From: Opitutia bacterium KCR 482
Lineage (GTDB): Bacteria; Verrucomicrobiota; Verrucomicrobiia; Opitutales; Intestinicryptomonadaceae
Length of the DNA: 32,000 nucleotides
Reading direction: 5' to 3'
NCBI GenBank assembly: GCA_029269845.2
Contig: CP149973.1
Location: 30,001 to 62,000 of the forward strand
Made by a program: the position numbers and the translations under genes. The notes under the pieces were generated by a model. It did not search any database and was not told where the DNA came from. It worked only from the letters and a program-made list of their open reading frames with translations. Shown here one piece after another: positions 7,696 to 15,987 of this stretch. Each line of letters begins with the position of its first letter. The stretch's first letter is position 1.

Positions 7696-8109
7696 ATGAA
7701 CAATACTTTGTATAATTTTACGCTGTTTTTCATGCGCCTCGCGCCGTCGCTTGCCATGCTCTACTACCACGGGGCGGCGAAGGTGTCGATGGTTTTTGCG
7801 GGCAAGACGCAGGGCTTTCCCGACCCGCTCGGCATGGGTTCGGGGGTGTCTCTCTACGCAGCGACTTTTGCCGAAACGCTGTGCCCCGCGCTCATAATTC
7901 TCGGCGTCTTCACGCGTTCGGCGGCGTTGATTGCGTGCGTCAACATGGCGGTCGCCGTTTGGTATTTGCACACGCAGGCGGGGTCTTCGTTCGAGCTGCC
8001 CGTTCTCTACTTGGCGTTTTTTGCGGCAATCGCGTTTGCGGGCGCGGGCGAGTGGTCGGTGGACGGCGCGAAGTCTTGGAGCGGTTGGTTTTACCGCGAT
8101 TCTAAGTAA
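7696..8109 (+). CDS. DoxX-family membrane protein
   Basis: 137 aa, multi-TM. DoxX-like N-terminus FFMRLAPSLAMLYYHGAAKV and ETLCPALIILGVFTRSAALIA. Confidence 0.8.
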   Translation: MNNTLYNFTLFFMRLAPSLAMLYYHGAAKVSMVFAGKTQGFPDPLGMGSGVSLYAATFAETLCPALIILGVFTRSAALIACVNMAVAVWYLHTQAGSSFELPVLYLAFFAAIAFAGAGEWSVDGAKSWSGWFYRDSK

Positions 8110-9052
8110 GGCGGAAGTCGCCCGAAGCGAGCCCGCCGAATTCCTCCGATTCCGCCGAAACGTAGCGCGTGTGGATTTTCTCCGAGACCCGCTCTCCGCT
8201 TTCGATTTGTCCGACTATCGCGCGGCACGTCTTTTCTATTAGTTCGGTTGTAGACGAAAATATTGCCCCCGCGACATTTTCGCCGTTCAGGAAGCTTCCC
8301 GCGCAGTTTGCGTGCGCGAAGATTTTGCCGAAGCCCCCGATTTTCCGCATGGCGCGGAGCGTCAGCCAGCCGCTTGCGAAAACCGCGTCGGGCTTTGTTT
8401 TTGCGATTTTTTCGAGCATGGCGAAGCGTTCGTCGGGCGGCGTCGGCAGAATTTCCACGTCGGCGTTTATTCCGAGTCTTTTTGCGCACGCCTCGAACGC
8501 TTTAATCCAGAGCGAGTGTTCGAAAAATAGACCGAGCGTTTTTCCTTTGAGGTTTTCCATTGCATCGGCGAGCGCGCCGGAGATATCGAGATTGATTTCG
8601 CACGCGCCGGCGATGTGCCTGTCGTTTACGGCGACGGGGATTTGCATGCCGCTTGGGGGCTTTCCCGCGCCTGCGTAGATTATGCCGTCAACTTCGCGCG
8701 AAAGCAGCGATTGCACGGGGTCGTAGTCGGGCGATTCGAGGGCTATCAGCAGTTGGTAGTCGCGCGGGCGCAGTTCCTTCAACGCCAAGTTTGCAATGTG
8801 CGCGTAGTACGCGTTTGTGAGGTCGCCGACGACAAGGCCTATCGCCTTGCTCCTGCCGTAGCGGAGCGCGCGCGCCGCCGCCGACGGGCGGTAGTCGAGC
8901 TTCTGGATTGCGCGTTTTATGCGCTCCCGCGTTTCATCGGTCATACGCGTCTGCGGATTCGCCGTCAAATATTTTGAAACGAGCGTGAAATTCACGCCCG
9001 CCTCTCTGGCGACGTCTTTCAATGTGATTCTCGATTTCACTTGAAACAACAA
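8102..9052 (-). CDS. LacI-family transcriptional regulator
   Basis: 316 aa. N-terminal HTH ITLKDVAREAGVNFTLVSKYL...RERIKRAIQKLDYRPSAAARALR, then a periplasmic-binding-protein-like sugar-sensor domain. The track start is a TTG at 9052; a GTG at 9040 is an alternative. The 3' end overlaps the doxX 3' end by 8 bp (convergent). Confidence 0.88.
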   Translation of the reverse strand: MLFQVKSRITLKDVAREAGVNFTLVSKYLTANPQTRMTDETRERIKRAIQKLDYRPSAAARALRYGRSKAIGLVVGDLTNAYYAHIANLALKELRPRDYQLLIALESPDYDPVQSLLSREVDGIIYAGAGKPPSGMQIPVAVNDRHIAGACEINLDISGALADAMENLKGKTLGLFFEHSLWIKAFEACAKRLGINADVEILPTPPDERFAMLEKIAKTKPDAVFASGWLTLRAMRKIGGFGKIFAHANCAGSFLNGENVAGAIFSSTTELIEKTCRAIVGQIESGERVSEKIHTRYVSAESEEFGGLASGDFRLT

Positions 9053-9073
9053 TCGTTAGAGCGTTTTTGTTGT

Positions 9074-9085
9074 CAAGAATTCTTG
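9074..9085. promoter_or_regulatory. 12-bp perfect palindrome CAAGAATTCTTG upstream of the LacI-family gene (candidate auto-operator)
   Basis: Read directly. It lies 22-33 nt upstream of the TTG start at 9052. LacI-family operators are typically palindromic, but this does not match the classic TGnnAnCGnTnnCA form. Confidence 0.3.
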
Positions 9086-9164
9086 TGCGCTTTCGGGAGT
9101 TTTTTACGGGCGGAGGCGCGTTGAATTTGTATGCGCGGCGGCTTTTGTAAGCGAGAATTTCAAC

Positions 9165-9193
9165 AAAAAAAACCCGCCGCGAAAGCGGACGGG
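9165..9193 (-). terminator. Rho-independent terminator after rplS
   Basis: The minus strand reads CCCGTCCGC-tttc-GCGGCGGG followed by TTTTTTTT. It begins 45 nt downstream of the rplS stop. Confidence 0.65.
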
Positions 9194-9237
9194 TTTTGCG
9201 TTTGCCGCGCATGTCGCGCGGTTTTGCCGAAGCTTAT

Positions 9238-9597
9238 TTATTGGGCAAGACGCGCTTCCTTAACCTTGGAAGCTTCCTTGCCGATACGGTCGCGCAAGTA
9301 GTAGAGGCGGGCGCGCATCGGGACGGATTCGCGGTCTACTTCAATCTTTGCGATGTTGGGCGAGTTTACGGGGAACACGCGTTCAACGCCTTCGCCGTAG
9401 GAAATGCGGCGAACCGTGAATGTTTCGTGGATTCCGCTACCCTTGCGGGCGATTACGATGCCTGCGAAAATCTGGATACGTTCCTTGTCGCCTTCGCGTA
9501 CTTTCGTGTGTACCTTAACGCCGTCTCCGACCTTGAATTTGGTCATGTCGGCTTTGATTTGGTCTTTTGTGATTTCTTTCAACAAGTCTTGGTTCAT
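9238..9597 (-). CDS. rplS: 50S ribosomal protein L19
   Basis: From the ATG at 9597: [80 protein letters not shown], a canonical L19. The ATG overlaps the trmD TGA (ATGA at 9597-9594). The 9598-9672 extension in the track is rejected. Confidence 0.93.
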   Translation of the reverse strand: MNQDLLKEITKDQIKADMTKFKVGDGVKVHTKVREGDKERIQIFAGIVIARKGSGIHETFTVRRISYGEGVERVFPVNSPNIAKIEVDRESVPMRARLYYLRDRIGKEASKVKEARLAQ

Positions 9598-10292
9598 TGT
9601 TTTTCTTCTTTCTGATTTAAAATGTCTGCTCTGCGTTCTTTTGTCTTTTCGATTTGTCTTGCGCGTCTCCACTCCGCGATTTTTTGGTGGTCGCCCGACA
9701 TCAGCACTTCGGGAACGTCCATTCCCCTAAACGACGCCGGTCTTGTATATTGTGGAAACGACAGGAGGTTGTCGTTAAACGAATCGAAGGTCAAGGAATT
9801 TTCTTCACCCAAAACGCCTTTGACATACCGCGCCGTAGCATCCGCAACGACCGCCGCTGGGAGTGTGCCGTTCGTAAGAACGTAGTCTCCTATCGAGATT
9901 TCCCTGTCTATGAGACAGTCCCGAATGCGTTGGTCAATGCCTTCGTAGTGTCCGCTCAGAATTATCAGATGACCCGCCTCGGCGAATTCCGCCGCGTGTT
10001 TGGGCGAAAATTTTTCGCCGTCGGGGCACATGTAGATTCTTGTGCAGTTCGGTGTTTGGAGTTCCTCAATGGCGGCGAACACGGGTTCGGGCTTCATCAG
10101 CATTCCGGGGCCTCCTCCGAAGGGGCGGTCGTCGGTATTCTTGTGTTTCGATGTCGCCCAGTCGCGGATATTGTGGACTTTGATGTCCAGAATGCCCGCC
10201 TCTTGGGCGCGTCCGAGCATGCTTTCGCTCAAAAAGCCTTCGAGCATCTTCGGAAAGAGCGTAAGGAAGTCGATTTTGAGGTGCGCTGCCAT
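9594..10292 (-). CDS. trmD: tRNA (guanine37-N1)-methyltransferase
   Basis: 232 aa. TrmD motifs [30 protein letters not shown] and [11 protein letters not shown]. Confidence 0.93.
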   Translation of the reverse strand: MAAHLKIDFLTLFPKMLEGFLSESMLGRAQEAGILDIKVHNIRDWATSKHKNTDDRPFGGGPGMLMKPEPVFAAIEELQTPNCTRIYMCPDGEKFSPKHAAEFAEAGHLIILSGHYEGIDQRIRDCLIDREISIGDYVLTNGTLPAAVVADATARYVKGVLGEENSLTFDSFNDNLLSFPQYTRPASFRGMDVPEVLMSGDHQKIAEWRRARQIEKTKERRADILNQKEEKQ

Positions 10293-10340
10293 GTTTTCGG
10301 CTTAAACCGATTCGTTTGAAAAAAAACGCGGGAGCGGAGC

Positions 10341-10604
10341 TTATTCCGCCTTTGCCTTTGCCAGACGCGCCTTCTTGATGACGGTCTTTGCCGTGTCGCT
10401 GGGGAGAGCGCCAACGCTCAGCCAGTAGTCTACGCGGTCGAGGTTGACCTGTGTTTCGACGTCTTTGCCGCGCGGCTTCGGGTTGTAGAGGCCGAGGTTT
10501 TCGACGAATTTTCCGTTGCGGCGCGACGCGCTTTCCGCCACGACCATGCGGTACATCGGGTTGTGCACGGAGCCGTGCCTTTGTAATCTTATTCTGAGTG
10601 CCAT
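10341..10604 (-). CDS. rpsP: 30S ribosomal protein S16
   Basis: 87 aa. MALRIRLQRHGSVHNPMYRMVVAESASRRNGKFVENLGLYNP is a canonical S16 N-terminus. Confidence 0.93.
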   Translation of the reverse strand: MALRIRLQRHGSVHNPMYRMVVAESASRRNGKFVENLGLYNPKPRGKDVETQVNLDRVDYWLSVGALPSDTAKTVIKKARLAKAKAE

Positions 10605-10902
10605 AATTTGGTGTTTTTGAATTTTGAAAGCGCTTCATTTCATCTCGTTTTTTCGTTTTGTAAAGCTTATTTTTTCAATTTTTTACGAAAAAACCCATCT
10701 CGCGTTTTTCGACCCCGTTTTCGGGGCTTTTTATCGCCGTTATTTGGAACAGTTGTTTTGCGGCTTTCGGGCGCGTTTTGCCGTTTACGCATCGACTTTT
10801 ACGATAGACTGTTAGGCGATGTCCGCGCTCTCGTTTTTTTATGTCTGTTTTCCCCGAATTTCCGCGCTTTTCGTCATGCCGGAATTTTCCGCCACGCGCT
10901 TC

Positions 10903-10942
10903 AAAAAAACAAAAAAGGCGCGGAGTTTTTTTGCTCCGCGCC
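10903..10942 (-). terminator. Rho-independent terminator after the GH78-like gene
   Basis: Perfect 9-bp stem GGCGCGGAG / CTCCGCGCC (10917-10925 and 10934-10942). On the minus strand it is followed by TTTTTTGTTTTTTT. Confidence 0.65.
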
Positions 10943-10977
10943 CGCAAATTTTCGGGAAAATCGTTCCGCAATCCGCG

Positions 10978-13356
10978 CTATTTTACGATATCCACGCCTT
11001 TGGGTTTTTCGATTTTGCTCGAAAACGTGCCGTCGGCGTTTTTGCGCCATTCCACTTTTATATCGCCCTGCGGCGTGGGGTAGACGACTTTCGCGTAGTC
11101 TTCGAAGAAATTGGGTTTGAACGAAATTTTCGTCCAGCCCGCAGCCTCCTGCTTAACGCCGCCGAGGATTTGCGGCAGCATGAACACCGGGTGCGCGCTC
11201 CACGCGTGCGAGTGCGTGTTCCACGGCTTTTCCTTGAAGTCTTCGAATGTCGTGCCGTATTTTGTGTAGTTTTCCCAGTTGCGTTTGATGTATTCGTAGA
11301 CTTCGCGGTTGTAGCCTGCGTCGCACATGACTTTGATGACGTACACGGTCCAGAACGCGGACGGCGGAGCTTTGAATGTTTTTTCGCCCTTGATGTAGGG
11401 CAGTAGGATTTCGTTTTTCGCCTTTTCGAAGTCGAAGCCCTCTATGTTGCACATGCGTGCGAGCACCTGCGCGTGGACGCCCGTTTCGGGGTTGAGTTTG
11501 CCGTCGGGCAGAATGCCGTCGGAAATCAGGCCGTCTTTCCTGAGCAGGTTGTCGGTGATTGCCTTGCGGACTTTTGCGGCGCGTTCTGCGTACATTTTGG
11601 CGTCGCCGCCGATTCCGTTTTCGGCGCAGAGCTTTTGCATGCTTTCGAGCGCGTTGAGCAGCCAGAAATTCAGGATTGCGGGCTGTCCGTTTTTCTGCGT
11701 GGGAGTCCAGTCGAGGAAGAGCCAGTAGCGGGGATCGAATTCGGCAAGCCCCGTCTTGGGGTTGGTGATTCCGTCGAAGTACGAGAGAATGGAGGCCACC
11801 GTGTCTTTGTGCGAGAGGTAGGCTTCGGGGTTGCCCGTCTGCCAGTAGTGGTCGTAGACGGTGAGAATCCACGTCAGGGCGAAGTCGGGCAGAATGCAGG
11901 AGTGCGCCATTGTCGGAGCGTGCCCGTAGGTAAGCCCGTTGGGGGCTTTTTGCATCGAGATTGAGCGAATGCCGCGGCGCATCAGACGCGCGTCGCCCGA
12001 AATGAAGAATGTGTTCCACGACTGTACGCGGGCGTCGCCCCACCACTGCGCCTGTTCGCGGTATGGGGTATCGACGTAGGCGTCGAGCGAGCATATTTTC
12101 TGGGTGTGTTTGCAGGTTTTCCAGATTTCGTTGACGAGGGCGTTTGAGGTTTCGAATTTGCCCCTGTCGCCGAGCGGGTACGCGCTCCACATGAGAGACG
12201 GCGTGATTTTAAGCGTCGAGTCTGGATTGTTTCTTACCCTGATTGTCATGTAGCGGACGCCCATGATGTTGTAGAACTGGTGGGTTTGGTCGCCAGCGCG
12301 GCAGACGAGCCTGTTTCCGTAGGCGGGGGAGGAGCCGCCTGTTGACAGTCCCGTTCCGTTTTTGAGGATTTCAGTCGTCAGGATATCGACGATTTCCCCG
12401 CCTTTCGCGCCTTCCACTTTAAGAATCGGCATGCCGACCTGCATTCTGCCCATGTCGAAAACGAACGACTGCACGGCGTCCTTGCTCGGCTTTGCCTCGA
12501 CGCTCTTGACGTTTTCGGTCTTCATGACGTGCGGGACGTTTTCTTCGCCGATGAGCTTTGCGACGTCGAACACGCGTTCGGCGTTCGACCCAGATTTCCC
12601 CTCGCCGCGAGAGACGAGGGCGGTCGGGAAGATTTCAAATTCCTCCAACATTGGAATCATGCGCGACTCCATCGAGTAGTAGGGCATGATATTGTAGTGG
12701 AAGCATTGGGGGGTGTTCCAGCCGGAGTCGTCGAAGTCGGCGTTTATCCAGTCGGGATTTTCAACGCGCAGGTCGATGTGCTCCTGATTGTTCAGCTGGA
12801 TTGTGAATTGGGCGGTGTTTCTGTCGCAGCCGCTTTGGCGGCGCACTTTTACCTTGCCGTCCGACAAAATGTTTTTGCCGTTGCCGAGTTCAAGCGCGAA
12901 GATGAAGCCCGCGCGTCCCTGCGTGATGTAGCCGAATGTGCTGCGCCCCGCGTTGTAGGCGCGGACGGCGATTATGTTTTTGCCTTTTTTGAGGTATTTG
13001 GCAACATCTATTTCGTCGAAAGGCCACGAGTGCTGGTAGCCGCGCGCGGGGCCGGAGCACACGAATTTGCCGTTAATGAAGAGCCTGTAAGACTGGTCTG
13101 CTGTGATGAAAAGCGGGGCTTTTTTCGGAACTGCGTCGAGGTCGAAAGTTTTGCGCCCCACACAGTATGTGTTTACGATTTCGGCGAAAGCCGCGGGGTA
13201 TTTGTCCCACAGCCATTTTGCCGATTTGAGCGATTCGGGAATGTTGCTCCAAATTGCGGGCGTTTCCTTTATCGGCGTGAATTTGTTTTCAACCGCAAAA
13301 AGCGGCGCGGCGAGGGTCGCGGCGGCTGCGGCAAGCAGAATTGCGTTTTTTATCAT
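10978..13356 (-). CDS. Secreted alpha-L-rhamnosidase-like (GH78-type, six-hairpin) glycoside hydrolase
   Basis: The ATG at 13356 is preceded by GGAGGA and gives the signal peptide MIKNAILLAAAAATLAAPLFA. N-terminal LFITADQSYRLFINGKFVCSGPARGY...IIAVRAYNAG resembles the rhamnosidase N-domain. VDTPYREQAQWWGDARV resembles the GH78 D-x-P-x-R-E-R-x-G-W-x-GD motif. The HAWSAHPVF... C-terminal region is also consistent. Family assignment is by eye only. Confidence 0.65.
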   Translation of the reverse strand: MIKNAILLAAAAATLAAPLFAVENKFTPIKETPAIWSNIPESLKSAKWLWDKYPAAFAEIVNTYCVGRKTFDLDAVPKKAPLFITADQSYRLFINGKFVCSGPARGYQHSWPFDEIDVAKYLKKGKNIIAVRAYNAGRSTFGYITQGRAGFIFALELGNGKNILSDGKVKVRRQSGCDRNTAQFTIQLNNQEHIDLRVENPDWINADFDDSGWNTPQCFHYNIMPYYSMESRMIPMLEEFEIFPTALVSRGEGKSGSNAERVFDVAKLIGEENVPHVMKTENVKSVEAKPSKDAVQSFVFDMGRMQVGMPILKVEGAKGGEIVDILTTEILKNGTGLSTGGSSPAYGNRLVCRAGDQTHQFYNIMGVRYMTIRVRNNPDSTLKITPSLMWSAYPLGDRGKFETSNALVNEIWKTCKHTQKICSLDAYVDTPYREQAQWWGDARVQSWNTFFISGDARLMRRGIRSISMQKAPNGLTYGHAPTMAHSCILPDFALTWILTVYDHYWQTGNPEAYLSHKDTVASILSYFDGITNPKTGLAEFDPRYWLFLDWTPTQKNGQPAILNFWLLNALESMQKLCAENGIGGDAKMYAERAAKVRKAITDNLLRKDGLISDGILPDGKLNPETGVHAQVLARMCNIEGFDFEKAKNEILLPYIKGEKTFKAPPSAFWTVYVIKVMCDAGYNREVYEYIKRNWENYTKYGTTFEDFKEKPWNTHSHAWSAHPVFMLPQILGGVKQEAAGWTKISFKPNFFEDYAKVVYPTPQGDIKVEWRKNADGTFSSKIEKPKGVDIVK

Positions 13357-13487
13357 GTGCGTTTTTTCCTCCGTAATGTGTGAATCTTTTTGAAAGTTTG
13401 ACATTATTGCGCTTTTCGGCCGCTCTTTCAAGCAGAAAAAAACGTTTGTGGTTGACAAAACCGCGATTGAAAAAAACATCGTATTCA

Positions 13488-14591
13488 ATGGCATCAAAAG
13501 CGGTATACTTCATTACGGCAGACGACGATTTTATCGCCGCCAACCGCGCGCGCGAAATCTTCGACGAACTCTCCGCCGACGTTCTTGACGAAATGTCCCT
13601 CGAAATCATTGACGGCGCGGCGGGAAAGACCGACGAAGCCGTTTCCGCGTGCGAAAAAACCATTGCCGCCGCCGCGACTCCCTCGATGTTCGGCGGCAGG
13701 AAAGTTGTGTGGCTCAAAGGCGTGAACTTCATTTCCGACGGCGTGGCGGGGCGCTCCGAGGGCACGAAAGCCGCGCTCGCAAAACTTGCCGAATTTCTGG
13801 AAAAGCTCGCGCCCGACGTCGCGTCGGTTGTGGTAAGCGCGTTTCCGGTGGACAGGCGCAAGCCGTTTTTCAAAAAGTTGCAGTCGTTTGCAGAGTGCGA
13901 GGATTTCCAGAGCAAAGATCCCGTTTCGGCGTGCGCCGAAACGATTTCGCGCCACTGCCGCGTAAACAAAATCGCAATCGACGGCGGCGCGGCGGAAACG
14001 CTTGCGGCGATTGTCGCGGGGAATCCGCGCATGGCGGTTTCGGAAATCGAAAAGCTCGCGACCTACGCCGGCGGCGAACGCCCGATTTCCGAGCGCGACG
14101 TTATCGAAATGGTGCCGATTTTCGGCGAGGGCGGCTCTTTCGACATCTCAAACGCATTCTATTCGGGCGACTTGGCGGCGGCTCTCGCTGCGCTCAAACG
14201 CTATTTCTTCGCCAACAAAAAGGCGTCGGCGCGTCCGATAATCACTTCGTTGCAGAGGCAGAATTCGCTTCTGATTCAGCTGAGGTCGCTCATGGACGGC
14301 GGTGTTTTGGCGAAGTCGGCGTATCCGCAGCCGAGGGGCGCGGTCGAGGCGGCGGCGGGGCGTTTTGCCGAGGCTTTCGGCGACGCCGACGAAAAATCGA
14401 GCTACAACATTTTTTCGCAGAACGCGTGGTATGCGGGCAACAAGCTTGCGCCGATGGCGGGGGCGACTTCGCTCAAAAGGCTTATCGACTGCCAAATGAA
14501 CCTCGCAAAGGCGTTCGAAGACCTCATCAACAGACCAAACTCCGACGAGCAGGTTATGCGCGATTTGTTCGTGCTGTGCATGTCCAAATAG
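13488..14591 (+). CDS. holA: DNA polymerase III subunit delta
   Basis: From the ATG at 13488: MASKAVYFITADDDFIAANRAREIFDEL...PSMFGGRKVVWLKGVNF and ...MAVSEIEKLATYAGGERPISERDVIEMVP match the HolA N-terminal and middle-domain patterns. The 13380-13487 extension is rejected. Confidence 0.78.
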   Translation: MASKAVYFITADDDFIAANRAREIFDELSADVLDEMSLEIIDGAAGKTDEAVSACEKTIAAAATPSMFGGRKVVWLKGVNFISDGVAGRSEGTKAALAKLAEFLEKLAPDVASVVVSAFPVDRRKPFFKKLQSFAECEDFQSKDPVSACAETISRHCRVNKIAIDGGAAETLAAIVAGNPRMAVSEIEKLATYAGGERPISERDVIEMVPIFGEGGSFDISNAFYSGDLAAALAALKRYFFANKKASARPIITSLQRQNSLLIQLRSLMDGGVLAKSAYPQPRGAVEAAAGRFAEAFGDADEKSSYNIFSQNAWYAGNKLAPMAGATSLKRLIDCQMNLAKAFEDLINRPNSDEQVMRDLFVLCMSK

Positions 14592-14593
14592 AA

Positions 14594-15220
14594 ATGCGGC
14601 GCGTGTTCAAAGTGGTGTTCGTTTTGCTCGCGGCGTTCGCGCTTGCGGGGTTAGGGCTGTTTGCGGCGGCAAACCTTGCGATTGCCTCATACGGGGTTTC
14701 CGACTCTCTCGACAACGTGCTTCCGCGCAAATATGCGCTTCTTTTGGGTACGTCGAAGTTCACGCGCAGCGGCATGGTGAACCCGTATTACAGGTACAGG
14801 ATTGTCGCGGCGGTAGAGCTGTACAAGGCGGGGAAGGTGAAAAAGATAATCGCAAGCGGCGATAATTCCTCCAAGTACTACAACGAACCCGCCACCATGC
14901 GCGACGACCTCGCCGCGGCGGGCGTCCCGAAGGACGACATTTTAATGGATTTTGCGGGCTTCCGCACGCTCGATTCCGTCGCGCGGTGCAAGTCGAAATT
15001 CGGCGTTGAAGACCCCCTTATAATCACGCAGGCGTACCACGCAAAACGCGCCCTCTATTTGGCGGACAGGCTGGGGCTCTGCGGCGCGGCGGCGTATGCG
15101 GCAAAAGCCCCCGACAGCGCGTCGTACAGGCTGCGGAACGAACTGCGAGAGTCGCTCGCAAGGACGTTGGCTTTTTTGGATACCTCCGTTTTCGGCACGC
15201 GCCCGAAGTTCGAAGACTGA
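14594..15220 (+). CDS. sanA: SanA/DUF218-family inner-membrane protein (vancomycin high-temperature exclusion protein homolog)
   Basis: The ATG at 14594 is 2 nt after the holA stop. There is an N-terminal TM segment. LLLGTSKFTRSGMVNPYYRYRIVAAVELYKAGKVKKIIASGDNSSKYYNEPATMRDDLAAAGVPKDDILMDFAGFRTLDSV closely parallels E. coli SanA. The 13649-14593 part of the track ORF is an alternative-frame overlap with holA. Confidence 0.88.
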   Translation: MRRVFKVVFVLLAAFALAGLGLFAAANLAIASYGVSDSLDNVLPRKYALLLGTSKFTRSGMVNPYYRYRIVAAVELYKAGKVKKIIASGDNSSKYYNEPATMRDDLAAAGVPKDDILMDFAGFRTLDSVARCKSKFGVEDPLIITQAYHAKRALYLADRLGLCGAAAYAAKAPDSASYRLRNELRESLARTLAFLDTSVFGTRPKFED

Positions 15221-15534
15221 CGCGTTTGCGGGTAGGGCGCGCGGTTGCTTTTTCTTTTGCGGCTTAGCATGCAAATTTGCGCATTGTGTTGGCGGCTTCG
15301 ATTGAGCTTTTCCGCAAATCGGCGTTGGGAATACGGACGCGCTGCGCGGCGCGTTTTACGCGCAAAGGGCGCGTGTGTTTTCTTTGTCGGCGGATTTTTT
15401 TCGGCGCGGGAAAATCGCGGTAGTTTTGTTTTGCGGAATCGGATACTTCGCGCTTTGCCTTACTTTTTTCGGCGTGTGAAACGCCGTCCGCCGTAGGCGC
15501 GAACGAGTCGGGCGTTTTGCGTTTTGCGCGGCGC

Positions 15535-15568
15535 AAAAAAAAGCCGAAAGCGGTGCGGCTTTCGGCTT
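15535..15568 (-). terminator. Rho-independent terminator after GH10-like copy A (possibly bidirectional)
   Basis: Stem AAGCCGAAAGC (15541-15551) / GCTTTCGGCTT (15558-15568). The A8 run on the plus strand gives T8 after the stem on the minus strand. TTTT also follows the stem on the plus strand. Confidence 0.7.
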
Positions 15569-15588
15569 TTCGATATTTGCGTGTTTTG

Positions 15589-15987
15589 TTATTTCACGTT
15601 TACGATTTTGAACTGCTCCTTGCCGTCCTTGTCGAACCACGAGAGCCTGTACTTGCCCTTGAAGCCGCGGAATTTTACGTTGCCGTCGGCGTCGGGAGAG
15701 GCTGAGAGGTTTGTGCGCCATTCGCGGTTTATGAGCTCGTCGAGCGCGTAGAACGCGGGCTTGGGGTTCATGCCGCGCGTGAACAGCCCCGAAAGCGAGG
15801 GTTCGCCGGGCGCACCGCAGTCGTCTACGACATTCCACCATGTGATGCCCATAAGCGGCTTTATGCTGAACCACAGGCGGTAGATGTTGCGCGTGATGAT
15901 AGCCTGAATCATGCGCCCGCGTTCGGTTGTGTCTACGGCGGTAATCGTGATTTCGCTCAGGTGGATTGGCCTGCCGACGTCGATTGT
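15589..15987 (-). repeat. 3'-coding repeat block, copy A (pairs with 17193-17591, offset 1604 bp)
   Basis: Direct base comparison. The block begins exactly at the stop codon. I see only 2 mismatches in the first ~210 bp, then clustered substitutions toward the interior. Confidence 0.9.

Noticed and set aside
7277-7699. 140-aa plus-strand ORF and 142-aa minus-strand ORF (7212-7640) overlapping the 80-aa gene
   Set aside because: Neither has an RBS or a recognisable motif, and the translations look like shadow frames. The 140-aa ORF would run through the terminator region and into the doxX start. The 80-aa minus-strand frame has the best start context.
8984-8996. Palindrome CGTGAA-a-TTCACG
   Set aside because: It lies inside the HTH-coding part of the LacI-family gene (encoding GVNFTLV). 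It is most simply a coding coincidence and does not match parS.
13649-14593. 5' extension of the sanA ORF to 523 aa
   Set aside because: It is an alternative frame across holA with an Arg-rich translation. SanA homology and its TM segment begin at the ATG at 14594.
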